Below the pieces are notes generated by a model. That model was not told the DNA's origin and did no database searches. It saw only the letters and a program-made list of their open reading frames with translations. DNA of 64,000 bases, taken from Octopus sinensis (lineage: Eukaryota). Every line of letters starts with the position of its first letter. Position 1 is the first letter of the stretch. A program made the position numbers and the translations under genes. The DNA lies in NCBI RefSeq assembly GCF_006345805.1, contig NC_043002.1, positions 60,078,001 through 60,142,000 of the forward strand, in the 5' to 3' direction. This document shows, one piece after another, positions 41,482 through 52,985 of this stretch.

Positions 41482-42439
41482 ATGAATTTATATAGGTATG
41501 TATATATATATATATATATATATATGTTTATATATGTGGATGTATACATTTATGTCTATATATATATGTCCATATATATATGAGAGAGAGAGAGAGAGAG
41601 ATACATAGATAGATAGATAGATATAGATATATATGTATGTTTATATAAGTGGCTTTGTATTATATATACAAGTGTATATTATGTAAACTCATACTATATG
41701 AATATAGGTATTCATATATTTTTCATATCTTCAATTAATATATCGTAATTGTAGTCTCACAACTTATCTGAAAGAACATTTAACACATTTTCAGTTTCTC
41801 TTCCTCGATATCTTTCTCCGTCCATTAGAAAAAAAAAATTAGAATAAACATAACGAACGTTTAAGCGAACACGGTGCCTTAGTGCAACATAAATATTTTA
41901 AAAAATCATGGCGATTCATGATTATTTCTTTGTAACATTCACATCATAAATGGCGTTAATTTTAACTTTACTTTCTTCCTATATTTGTTTTTATAGAATA
42001 AATTCAAGAATACACACGCACACACACAGACACATACACACACACTCACATATGTGTGCATAAACATGTATGCGTTTTATGTGTGCGTGCGAAGGTTTGT
42101 GAGTGTATGGTAGGTTTCTTTTTTACACAAACAGTGAATCGAGTATTAATTATTACACAAACAATATTTCCAGGTTTCTTTTTTTTGACTTTGTATATTG
42201 ATGTATTCTTTTATACTTATACATTGTTCAAATTAAATTTTCTCACAAATATGGTTACAAAAACATAACAGAAGTACACATATCCATGCACTCCAATATG
42301 ATAACCAGCTCCGCTCCAACACGTTTATCTGCATTTATTTATGCCCTCTTTTTATATTTTAAATTATTTAAATTTTCCCTCTGATGAAGGAGCTGGGTTC
42401 TGACAGAAACAAAAACCACTGCCGTTGGAACGTAGATAG

Positions 42440-43200
42440 CAAAAACAATGTTACATTTTAAACTTGATAAAAGTCTCGCATATTTCTACCGTTCCACTTA
42501 TAGATTGTATTTGTAATGTGCAAGTCTGTTGGTTGATTGTTTTTCTGAAAACACTAACTTATCCATATTGCCACTTAATCACTTATTCACACGATTAAAA
42601 GCACCAATTATTATTCGCATGAATGAGAATTAATAATCTGGATACAAAAGTTGGAGGTTTCAGAACAGTTGTCCATTGCTATCCTCTTTCTCGTTGCTTT
42701 TCAAAGAGACATTCACGTCAGAAGGACAACTAACCTCTATAACAGCACATACTTCTTCTTGCGCTGCCCCAAGTAACAATATCCGGCCACATATATTTAC
42801 AAATGAAGAATCTTTCAAAGACATTGTTCCACTAGCATTCGTTGTGTCGTACTTGTTGTGTTCGTTAAATAACAGAGGGATTCGCTATATTTGTTCCAGG
42901 ACAAACACTTTCCCGAATGTCACTCTGTATTGCTTTGTGACATGGACATATTCCATAGGGAGGTATTACCTAGATAACATTCTTAGGCGGGTTGCTAATC
43001 ACACGTATGATGCGTTCCACAGACATATTATGTAGCCGGCATTTTCAGTTGCCTCTCGGAACCACAAAAGCTAGTGTCTGTTGTTTATTATTTATTTAGC
43101 TGAAATCACTTGCATTTGGATTGCAAATGCAGCTGCGCTTCATATCTGCATTACTGTTTTCTTAAAGATTTTGGAAAACATACCCATGCATGATCTGTTT
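42440..43200 (-). mobile_element. Decayed non-LTR element with restriction-like endonuclease
   Basis: PDIV...VIEVSCPSDVN...K..EK...LLYPDY.F.F..IIIGA on the minus strand, with frameshifts. Confidence 0.7.
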
Positions 43201-43989
43201 TTGGTATACTAAGCGTTTCGTATCCAGGTCTTCTTCGGTGTGTGTGAGTCCGGATGATTTGGGATTGTATAGGCGATCACCAGGGAGAGTTGGCTTCTGA
43301 GGAACTCTCTGCCAACACGTAGAATATTTTTCTCTTCAGTATGAGACACTTGTATGCATTATGTATGCGTATATAAAGAGTGTAGAGATATAAATATGTG
43401 TGTATGTATGTATCTATATACAGAGATTCAGATAGATATATAGGTAGATAGATAGATTGATAAATAGTTAGTTACAACGTAAACTACAAAAGGTAATAAA
43501 AACACAACAGTTAAACAGCAGTAGAAATGAGTTGCGACATCACTGGTGTCAAGCTGTATCGGCCTTTGGCTTTCCCTTGGATAACATCAGTGGTGTGGAG
43601 AGGGTAGGCTCTTGACCGGACTTGTGCATCGGAGGGTAACTTTCTAGGCGCAATGCCATGGTCATTCAGGACCGAAAGGGGTCTCCCATATGCACTCACA
43701 CACACACACACGAACATATATATATATATATATATATGTAGCTGAAATTTATTGAAAAACGAAAGACGAAGACAGGTGTATGAACAACAAGCAAGTGTAA
43801 TAGTTTCACGCACAGGGAAAATGAAAAGGTGTTTTACGTTTTGAGCCTACGCTCTTGAACAGAAAAAAAACTAAGAGAATGAAAAAATCGTATAGAGTTC
43901 AGCATTCAAGCCTGGTGACTGATTATGGAAAAAACTTTGAATGAAGACGTTAGAGGAAAGGGAGATAATAAAGTGATGGTGTACCCACA

Positions 43990-44530
43990 TGAATGTGTGT
44001 CATTCTATGGAACTTGCGTGTACGTACCGACAAAAGTATAAAAGCTAATAAACCGGATATTATCATAAAAGATCAGACAAAAAAGGTGTGTTTATTAATT
44101 GATATGAGTATTATTTTCGATCACACTATAGCGGCGAAACAATTTGACAAGATAAGTAAATATAAAGAGTTGCTTATAGAAATTGAAAAAATGTGGCATC
44201 TCAAAACGACTACAGAACCAGTGATTGTAGAATATCTAGGAATGATTTTAAAAATGTACTGAAACCTATTTCAAAATAATACCAGGCTTAACATCCCTAC
44301 AGGAAGTGCAAAAAATCGTGTTAACTGGAACGACTCATGTACTGAGAAGAGCATTATCGCTGTGAAAACATTCATCCATGGATTTATTCATTTATTAATG
44401 TTTGAATACCTGTTTTATCTGTGAATTTGCGTGTGTAATCTGGCAATGCATACAATGAGCTTCTCTGCCCTAGGTGTAAGGAAAACACTCGGCAAGAAAT
44501 GGAGGAAAAGTTGAAGAAAGAAGTAAAATA
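43990..44530 (+). mobile_element. R4/Dong-like RLE LINE 3-prime end
   Basis: NKPDIIIKD...CLLIDM...D...K..KISKYKEL.IEIEKMW; LQEVQKIVLTGT after a frameshift; followed by (TAA)n at 44528-44640. Confidence 0.8.
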
Positions 44531-44536
44531 ATAATG

Positions 44537-44608
<72 letters not shown>

Positions 44609-44661
44609 GTAATAATAATAATAATAATAATAATGATGATGTGTTATCATGTACATTGTTT

Positions 44662-45112
44662 TATTTTGGTATAAAAGATGGGCTACAGCAAATATTCTGC
44701 TCAATACCACAGATTTGCTTGTCAGTTGTTTGACCTTAACCAGTTGAGCATGTCCCTTTGTGGCTGACGATATGTGCATCTCTGATCACGAGCAGAAGTA
44801 GTGGGGGAGCATCATAGCCATGTGTTGAGAGGGATTCTTTGGGGTTTGAATAGTTCACCTCTGGAAACATGGGTGGTTCTTTCAACATCCTTAAGCAACC
44901 CTTATTCAGGGACCGTTTGAGCGGGATGGGCTACTCAACCTGCAAGGTCAAGTGCTGTTTATCTTGATATGAGATCACCATGTCGCGCACATATGGTTGC
45001 GATGCATGTGCCTGGTGTACTTTTATCAGACGGGTAGTCATGATGGGTATATTGGTCTTCGTATATTTTACCCCAGTGTCACTTTGATGGCATGGACTGC
45101 TCTCTCACTCAA
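44662..45112 (+). mobile_element. SINE-like repeat ending gctctctcactc-(AAT)n
   Basis: GC-richer block with a retroposon-type tail; family not securely named. Confidence 0.45.
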
Positions 45113-46081
45113 TAATAAAAAAAAAAAAATAATAATAATAATAATAATAATAACATCGAAAAATACGTTAGGAATGAGAACCCAGGTTCAAAATTTCCCC
45201 AAGACACTTGATGAATGCTGGATGGTATATTAACCGAAAGTTGTGGTAACAAAAACAAGATGAGGACAAATATCCGTCAAATGTAAATAATGTACATAAT
45301 TCCTAATCTCTTAAATATAGAACTCTCTGTCTCTATCTCTCTCTGTATATATATATATATATGTTCACATACTTACATACACACACGCACGCACATACAT
45401 ACGCACACACACATATACATGGAACGTGTATATATATATATACATATACATATAAAGAAAGAAATAGTGAGACAGACAAACAAATGACAAACAGCGAGAG
45501 AGAAAGTCAGAAATTAACGCATGCTTGCGTATGGTACAGCCATAATTACTTCCAGCTAATGTGTTGCCTATGACAGTTGGTCTGCCCATAAATATGCTTA
45601 GATTATTTGAAGTATAACAAGTCTAAAGTTGTAATTCTATTATACAAATGAGTATATATGACTTACCATATATACTCTCATATTGAACTTCAACTACCAA
45701 AACGAAAATAGTTCAGACGTTTGACCTACAAAATAGCACCCATAACCGCAACATGTTTACCGTTTTTGTAATTACTCTTCTATATTTCATACCATATTTT
45801 CTCATTAACTACACGACCTCGAGGAAATATCATTTTCATCATTAGTAGCAAGTATATTTTTATGACATAATGACAATACTTTGTTTAATTTTCTTTTCTT
45901 TCTTGCAAAATTATAATTTATTTGAAAAGAAATAGCTGAAATTTTATTGTCAGAAAAGTCATAGAAAACAATTATTTCAAATTCATTTAAAGCTATTTAC
46001 AGCAGCAGAAACCTAAAGGCTGTGTATTGGTTAAATTTAAGCAACATACTATATATATATACATATATAGTATGTTGCTTA

Positions 46082-46185
<104 letters not shown>

Positions 46186-46648
46186 CTGGTGAACAGACGA
46201 AAAATTACCAATCTCATGGAATATCTATTTTACATGAGATGCAGTCGTAGATGTGTCGAAAGAAGCTTGTCTCACAACCATATAGTTTCGGCTTGATTCC
46301 CGCAGCGTTGCAACTAAGGCAAGTACCTTTAACAGGTATATATATACATACACACACACACACACATATATATGCCAACACATCTTCCACACACCCACAC
46401 ATTCACACATCCACTCATCCACACATCCACACGTCATACATCCACGCATCAAAGTCACCAGCCCCTATCCACACTTACACACTCTCGCATACACTCACGG
46501 ACGTGCATCTACATTTTGGGATCACCAGTACTTTATTATCTCCCCTTCTTCGTACCTCTCCTGTCCAACTACCTTTGTCCTATCAGTCGCCATGATTAAC
46601 CGGCAAATCCACAAGTTTCATTTTATTCTCTGTCTGTTTATTGCATCG

Positions 46649-46718
<70 letters not shown>

Positions 46719-47311
46719 AGCACACATATGTGTCTGCCTTTGTGTATGTGGTTGCCCCGACCACCGCTTGACAAACGATGCTACTTTGTTTATGCAAACA
46801 TTAGCGGTGGCAAAAGAATGGACAGAATACGTACAAGGTATTAAAAAGATAAGTCTTGTGCTTGACTAATTCCTTCACAACGGTGCCTCAGCAGGGTCTC
46901 ATTCTTTTGAAACAAGTAAAAACTGAAGATTGTTAAAAAGCAAGTTATAATAAATTCTACGACTAGAATTACTGAAACAATGTGTATTAAAGATTTTTAG
47001 CCTACACAAATATCACAAAACTCACATAAAATATAAATACGACGTGGGGAGAAGCAATAAAATTCTCATCATTATAACACAGTATGTTCTTGAAAATCGT
47101 TGCAGCCATTTTGTGAACTCACAATTTCTACACAATATATCTATCGCACAAATATTGTGTTGTATTCATTTTTTAAGATCGTAAAGTATGTTAAATTGGA
47201 ATTTTCTCTTGCTTCTGTTTTTTTAATCTTTACATTTTAGGTATTCATTGGCAGTAACAGCGTATTGTGCTTTATATCAGATATTTGCTCTATGTAAAAG
47301 ATATTAATGAA

Positions 47312-47408
<97 letters not shown>

Positions 47409-47422
47409 TATATATATATATA

Positions 47423-47490
<68 letters not shown>

Positions 47491-47491
47491 A

Positions 47492-47541
<50 letters not shown>

Positions 47542-47835
47542 TAGCCTTTGAATGCAGCCAACTCATTGGCTGCGTCCTAGAGACATTCATGACAAGGGAA
47601 CTGGCAGTTAGTTTTATTTTTCGGGAAAACCCTAGTCTGAGCAGTTGATATTACTGCTTACAATTTTAATCTTCTAACTAATCCGGTCTCATAGAAGAAA
47701 TTGAAGGGTTTTAAGGAATGTTTACTGGTAAAATACCTTCAGTTAAAAGTCTTCTTTACCCAGAATGTCTGAAAGCGCTGAGTCTCTTGACACCAAAGAG
47801 AAATATATACTATCACATTCATATGGAAAATTGTT

Positions 47836-48126
47836 GGGGGACATATGGCGTAGTGGTTAAGAGCGCGGGCTACTAACCCCAAGATTCCAAGTTCGATTCC
47901 AAGCAGTGACCTGAACACTAACAACAGCAACAATAACAAAAACAACAACAATAACATCGAAAATAACTTAGGAATTAGAACACAGGTTCGAAATTTCCCC
48001 AAGACACCTGAAGAAGACTGGTGGGTATATTAGCTGAAACGTTGTGTTAACAACAAACAAGATGAAGACAAATATCCATCGAATGTAAGTAATGTATATA
48101 ATTCCTCATCTCTTAAATATAGAACT
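47836..48126 (+). mobile_element. tRNA-like head plus (AAC)n plus Penelope-type hammerhead module; the module also occurs at 45130-45325
   Basis: tggcgtagtggttaagagc (A box), gttcgattcc (B box); aacatcgaaaa...aaatatagaact shared with 45150-45325. Confidence 0.65.
48003..48048 (+). ncRNA. Minimal hammerhead-like motif
   Basis: gacac-CTGAAGA...GAA-ACGT-T-gtgtt; helix II imperfect. Confidence 0.45.
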
Positions 48127-48509
48127 GTGGAGGGAAATGTTCCAAACTTCGGCACTGGAGAGAGTTTTAATGCACGAACATTTATATACTCTAAGCTTGA
48201 AAATATACAACGTTCGAAATCATGGGCTAAAATACTCTATTGTAACAATCTCAACTACCTATCTAAAAGAAATATAAAAGCGACTTCTACTGAAACAGTA
48301 AAAAAAAACCTCCAAAAACTCATTAGATGAACTCTTAACGATACCTTAGAAGTCAATCATTCAAGGATGGTCCATTCAGAGGCGAACAGCTGCTAGAAAA
48401 CTCAATCACAGACCACCTTCCAGTCAAGAAGCAACTACAAAAACTAATAGAAAATACATTAAGGCGGTGCTCCAGAACGGCTGCAGTACTATCATTAATT
48501 CCTAAAAAT

Positions 48510-48756
48510 TTTACGGAACTCCTTGGAAAGTTCTGTGGATTCAGTGGAAAGTTCTGTGGATTTAGTGGAAAGTTCCACGGATATCATAACATCCTGGAAA
48601 ATCGGTCGGAAACTTCCAAAGATTCCATGGAAAGTTCCGAGGATGCCCCCACCATCCTGGAAAATCGACCAGAAAGTGCCAAGGATTCCCAAGAAAACCC
48701 CTCGGATTTCCCAACTTCCTGGAAAATCGGTCGGAAACTTCCTGGGAAGTTCCAAG
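48510..48756. repeat. GC-richer minisatellite with 21-bp and about 63-bp periodicity
   Basis: tggaaagttc at 48524, 48545, 48566; tcctggaaaatcg at 48592, 48655, 48717. Confidence 0.8.
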
Positions 48757-48764
48757 GATTTTTT

Positions 48765-48908
48765 ACATCTTCTACCGCCTTAAATCCTTGAAACTCTACT
48801 CTCTCCAGCGTCGCCGTGAGCGGTACATTATTTGTACGATGTGGAGAATATACCGTCAACTTTGCCCAAACGACCTTAACATTAGCTTCAAGGTTCATCC
48901 AAGGTTCA
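48765..48908 (+). mobile_element. CR1-group LINE fragment
   Basis: RLKSLKLYSLQRRRERYIICTMWRIYRQLCPNDLNISFKVHPR; homologous to 58258-58352 in the opposite orientation. Confidence 0.8.
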
Positions 48909-48966
48909 TACATAAATATATATATACATACAAATATATATAGATAGATTGATACATACACACACA

Positions 48967-49042
<76 letters not shown>

Positions 49043-49788
49043 AATACATACATACATATATACTTTGATATTCTTGCCTAATGTAACGATTTTGATAATT
49101 GCTATTTAATCTATTACGCTTAACTGAAACAGCTGTAAGGGACTATTTTGGTTTTTTGCAGATAATTTTTTATTAAATGTTATATCTCCATTGTCTTACT
49201 TTTTCTTTCGAATGACTACACACAGACACACACACTCGCAGAATATATTGGAGCCATTATTACATGGAAGAGGCTGCGAAATGACCATGTTCCTCAGGAT
49301 GAAAAGTGGTGATATAAATATATTCACCTCTCAAAACTCCGAACGTTTTGGGGCTTTAACTCTTATTTCTAGCAATGCTGAGCCTGACCTCTCCCCTTAC
49401 TCACTTTAGTGACGATTGTACCTGTAAAATTTGGTTGCTAATATCCACTTTAATAGTTAATATTTTTCATTTACCATTTTACAGAATCGTACACTGCTTC
49501 CTATGGTACATTCTATAAACCTATAAGGCCAGTTAAGTTCAGAGCTCAGCGCTTGAGTAATGGTCACTGATGAGGATTAATTAAATCCGAAATCTTCGCT
49601 ATTCTGATACTATCTCACTTGGAGCAGGGATTTTGTCTCTCTTTTAAGTCAATATATAAATGCTTGCCCGTGCCTAAGAGTCGTTTTGACTCTTATTTCT
49701 AGCAACGCTGGTGCTGAGCTGCAACCTTAGTCTCTTTAGTGACAATTACATATGTATATCTTTTTATGTGAATATATATTTATATATG

Positions 49789-49875
<87 letters not shown>

Positions 49876-50059
49876 TAAGCAATAAAGGGTTTAGCAACGA
49901 ATTGCCTTACCACATACCGAATTTAGAAATAGCAGTCAAAGAGTTATAGCTATTTCTTCTACTAAAAAGGGAGATCTCAGTAAAAACAGCAGTTGGAAGG
50001 CAGACACAAACAGGTAAGAGAGAATGAATTGACGGCAATCTATCATACATTTTAAGTTA

Positions 50060-50166
50060 TCTACGGACGTACGTTTCGAAATCAAGTTTTTAGGAAAGCA
50101 TAAGAATTAAATATTAAATATTAAATAATTCTATCTTACCGAAACTTCTTTTCTCTTCAGCGTAGA
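50060..50166 (-). ncRNA. Type I hammerhead ribozyme, copy 1
   Basis: tctacg-CTGAAGA-long helix II-GAA-ACGTACGT-C-cgtaga; GUC; predicted cut between 50066 and 50065. Confidence 0.8.
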
Positions 50167-50655
50167 ATACTATAATCATAAATGATTATATATTGAATTT
50201 TGAGATACTAGAAGGCACCAACTCAACTCAGTATTAGAGCGAGCTAGAATCCGCAACTAGTATCACCGAATTCAATTTGTGAATGAAACGATTGTGTCAC
50301 CAGCCCCTTCCCACCCGCGTGTAGCCAAAACAAGATGCTGGTCATCTACTGAGATAAAATATGGTTATCCGTAATAATGAAGGGTGAAATTAATTAATTT
50401 GGAATAATTATCAATTACACCAAGTAGTCTTCGGCATGTAAAAGCCTCATTCGAGGAAAATTAAGTAATACTAAGCAATAAAGGGTTAGCAACGAATTGC
50501 CTTACCACATACCGAATTTAGAAATAGCAGTCAAAGAGTTATAGCTATTTCTTCTACTAAAAAGGGAGATCTCAGTAAAAACAGCAATTGGAAGGCAGAC
50601 ACAAACAGGTAAGAGAGAATGAATTGACGGCAATCTATCATACATTTTTAAGTTA

Positions 50656-50762
50656 TCTACGGACGTACGTTTCGAAATCAAGTTTTTAGGAAAGCATAAG
50701 AATTAAATATTAAATATTAAATAATTCTATCTTACCGAAACTTCTTTTCTCTTCAGCGTAGA
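50656..50762 (-). ncRNA. Type I hammerhead ribozyme, copy 2
   Basis: Identical motif 596 nt away; predicted cut between 50662 and 50661. Confidence 0.8.
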
Positions 50763-50886
50763 ATACTATAATCATAAATGATTATATATTGAATTTTGAG
50801 ATACTAGAAGGCACTAACTCAACTCAGTATTAGAGCGAGCTAGAATCCGCAACTAGTATCACCGAATTCAATTTGTGAATGAAACG

Positions 50887-50937
<51 letters not shown>

Positions 50938-50940
<3 letters not shown>

Positions 50941-51397
50941 TCAGAAATATCAAATTTCTAAATCTCTCATAGAGATATGTACGGTGGTGGGGCGATAGAA
51001 TGGTTGTATACTGTATATCATCTAACGTGACCATTCTATCGCCCCACCACCTTACATATCTCTATGAGAGATTTAGAAATTTAATATTTCTGATTTTGGT
51101 AATCAGTGAATAAACTTCACTGAAATCAGATACATACATTTGCAAGTCGAGGCAGATATCAACAGTTGACGAGCGTCTGCTACTCTAGACCGATGAAGGA
51201 CAATGATCCTGAAACATGCGTGTCTCTAGATGCAGGCCTGGCTGCTGGGGGTGTTTGTCTCCCCTTCGTAAATGTATATAAGGACACAGGAAAATGTGTC
51301 AAAGTCATCAGGAGGCGTCGATGCTTCCTAGGGCTAAACAGCGGTGGTGTAACCTCCTACTGTCACGTTCACGTTAGATTGACAGTATACAACCATT
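50938..51397 (+). mobile_element. 362-bp hammerhead-bearing unit with an inverted junction-spanning arm
   Basis: Unit 51030-51397 is bounded by accatt; 50938-51012 is the reverse complement of the unit end joined to the unit start. Confidence 0.7.
51184..51230 (+). ncRNA. Type I hammerhead ribozyme candidate (U4C core)
   Basis: tctaga-CCGATGA-agga(caatga)tcct-GAA-ACATGCGTGT-C-tctaga; GUC. Confidence 0.7.
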
Positions 51398-52489
51398 TTA
51401 TATATCTATATATGGGGCTGTGCTACCCAATTCTGCCTCACCTGTCGGAGGGACTTTCTTGCCCGGATTGGCCTCACCAGCCACCTCCGGTCTCATAGCA
51501 GCAATTCCACCAAATGATGTCAATGGTCATCTTCGAACCCGAAGGACGAACATTAAAAAAAAAATCTATACATATATATATATATTAGTAAACATTTGTA
51601 AATGTGTTGGGCGTTCTCGTTGAATGTACTTTTAAGTATTCATTACACTGACCCGCCAAAGTACGAGAGGGTTTCAAATTGTATTCGTTTATGCGTGTAT
51701 GTGTGAAGACGTGTGTGACTATGTCTTTGAGAGTACCAATGTGTTTGTGAACTTGTGCATGTCTATATATATATATATATAATATATATATATATATATA
51801 ATATATAATATAAATATATATATAGATATATATATTATATATATATATGTGTGTGTGTGTAATGTGTGTGTGTGTTAGTGCTTAGTAACCTGTCTGTTGT
51901 CTGTGCTATAATATATGTAATAAACGTTTGAAAACCTAATTAGATCTGAAACTACTTCAACGTGAATCATGTTGTGAAGAATTGCGTTCATATCAGTAAA
52001 AAGACAATCTTGAAGCCCTGTCGATATCCAATATAATGTAGTAGCTATAAAATTCATTGGAGTCAATGAGAACTGTCAATATTACCACGACATTTTTACG
52101 ATGAAATAAGTGTGTGAGAGCAGAATCTTTTCTCATTTATCCTCTGCTGGTTACTTATGACTCGTAATTACATCTCTGCACCTGCGCTTTTAACGAGATC
52201 AAACCCTTTCCAACTGAAGTCCATTGTTGACTAATACCGTTCAATCATACCACCAGAAGGCATTAAGAAACTCATTATAATAGATATATAACTACGAATG
52301 TTGATATCTTTCGGACTGTACGTTAAATCATTGGAATATACAGTGATGTATTTGTATATATGCATCAGCGTATATACATACACACACACATAAGACGCGC
52401 ACACATGCATATATCAGTGTCTTACTATTTTTCTATATACCTATTGTATATGGCAGGGCATTAATTTTCAATTTCCGCTCTCATTCAGT

Positions 52490-52621
52490 ATTCTTTCTTT
52501 CTTGCTTGCTTTCCTTCCTTCTTTTCTTTCTTTCTTTTTCACTTCCTTCCTTCCTTCTTTCTTTTTTTCTTCCTTCTTTTTCCCTTCCTTCCTTCCTTCT
52601 TTCTTTCCTCCTTTCCTTCCT

Positions 52622-52654
<33 letters not shown>

Positions 52655-52985
52655 ATTTCTTCTTTTCTTCCTTCTGTCTTTCCTTCTTTCATTCTTTCCT
52701 TCCTTCCTATCTTCCTTTCTTCCTTCTTTTCTTCCTCCCTTCTTTCCTTCGTTCTTTTCTTGATTCCTTACTTCTATCCTTCTTTCCTTCATTTTTTCTC
52801 CCCTTTCTTCCTTCTTTCTTTCAATCCTTCTTTTCGGCCTTTCTTTCTTTCTTCCTTCCTTTTTTCCTTCCTTTCTTCTTTCGTTCCTTTCTTCCTTCCT
52901 TCCTTTCGTCTTTCCTTCAGTCATTCCCTCCTTTCTTCCTTCCCTCATTTCTTTCTTTCTTTTTGCTTGTCTTTCTTTCTTTTGT
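52490..52985. repeat. Polypyrimidine (CCTT/CTTT) low-complexity tract
   Basis: Direct reading. Confidence 0.95.

Larger units (their letters stand above)
49873..50889 (-). mobile_element. Retrozyme-like or non-autonomous Penelope-type 1.7-mer of a 596-bp unit in (TA)n
   Basis: Direct repeats 49873-50293 and 50469-50889, nearly identical; no tracked ORF; two hammerheads. Confidence 0.75.

Noticed and set aside
47838-47912. Functional tRNA gene
   Set aside because: Acceptor and T stems pair poorly and there is no Pol III terminator; treated as a retroposon head.
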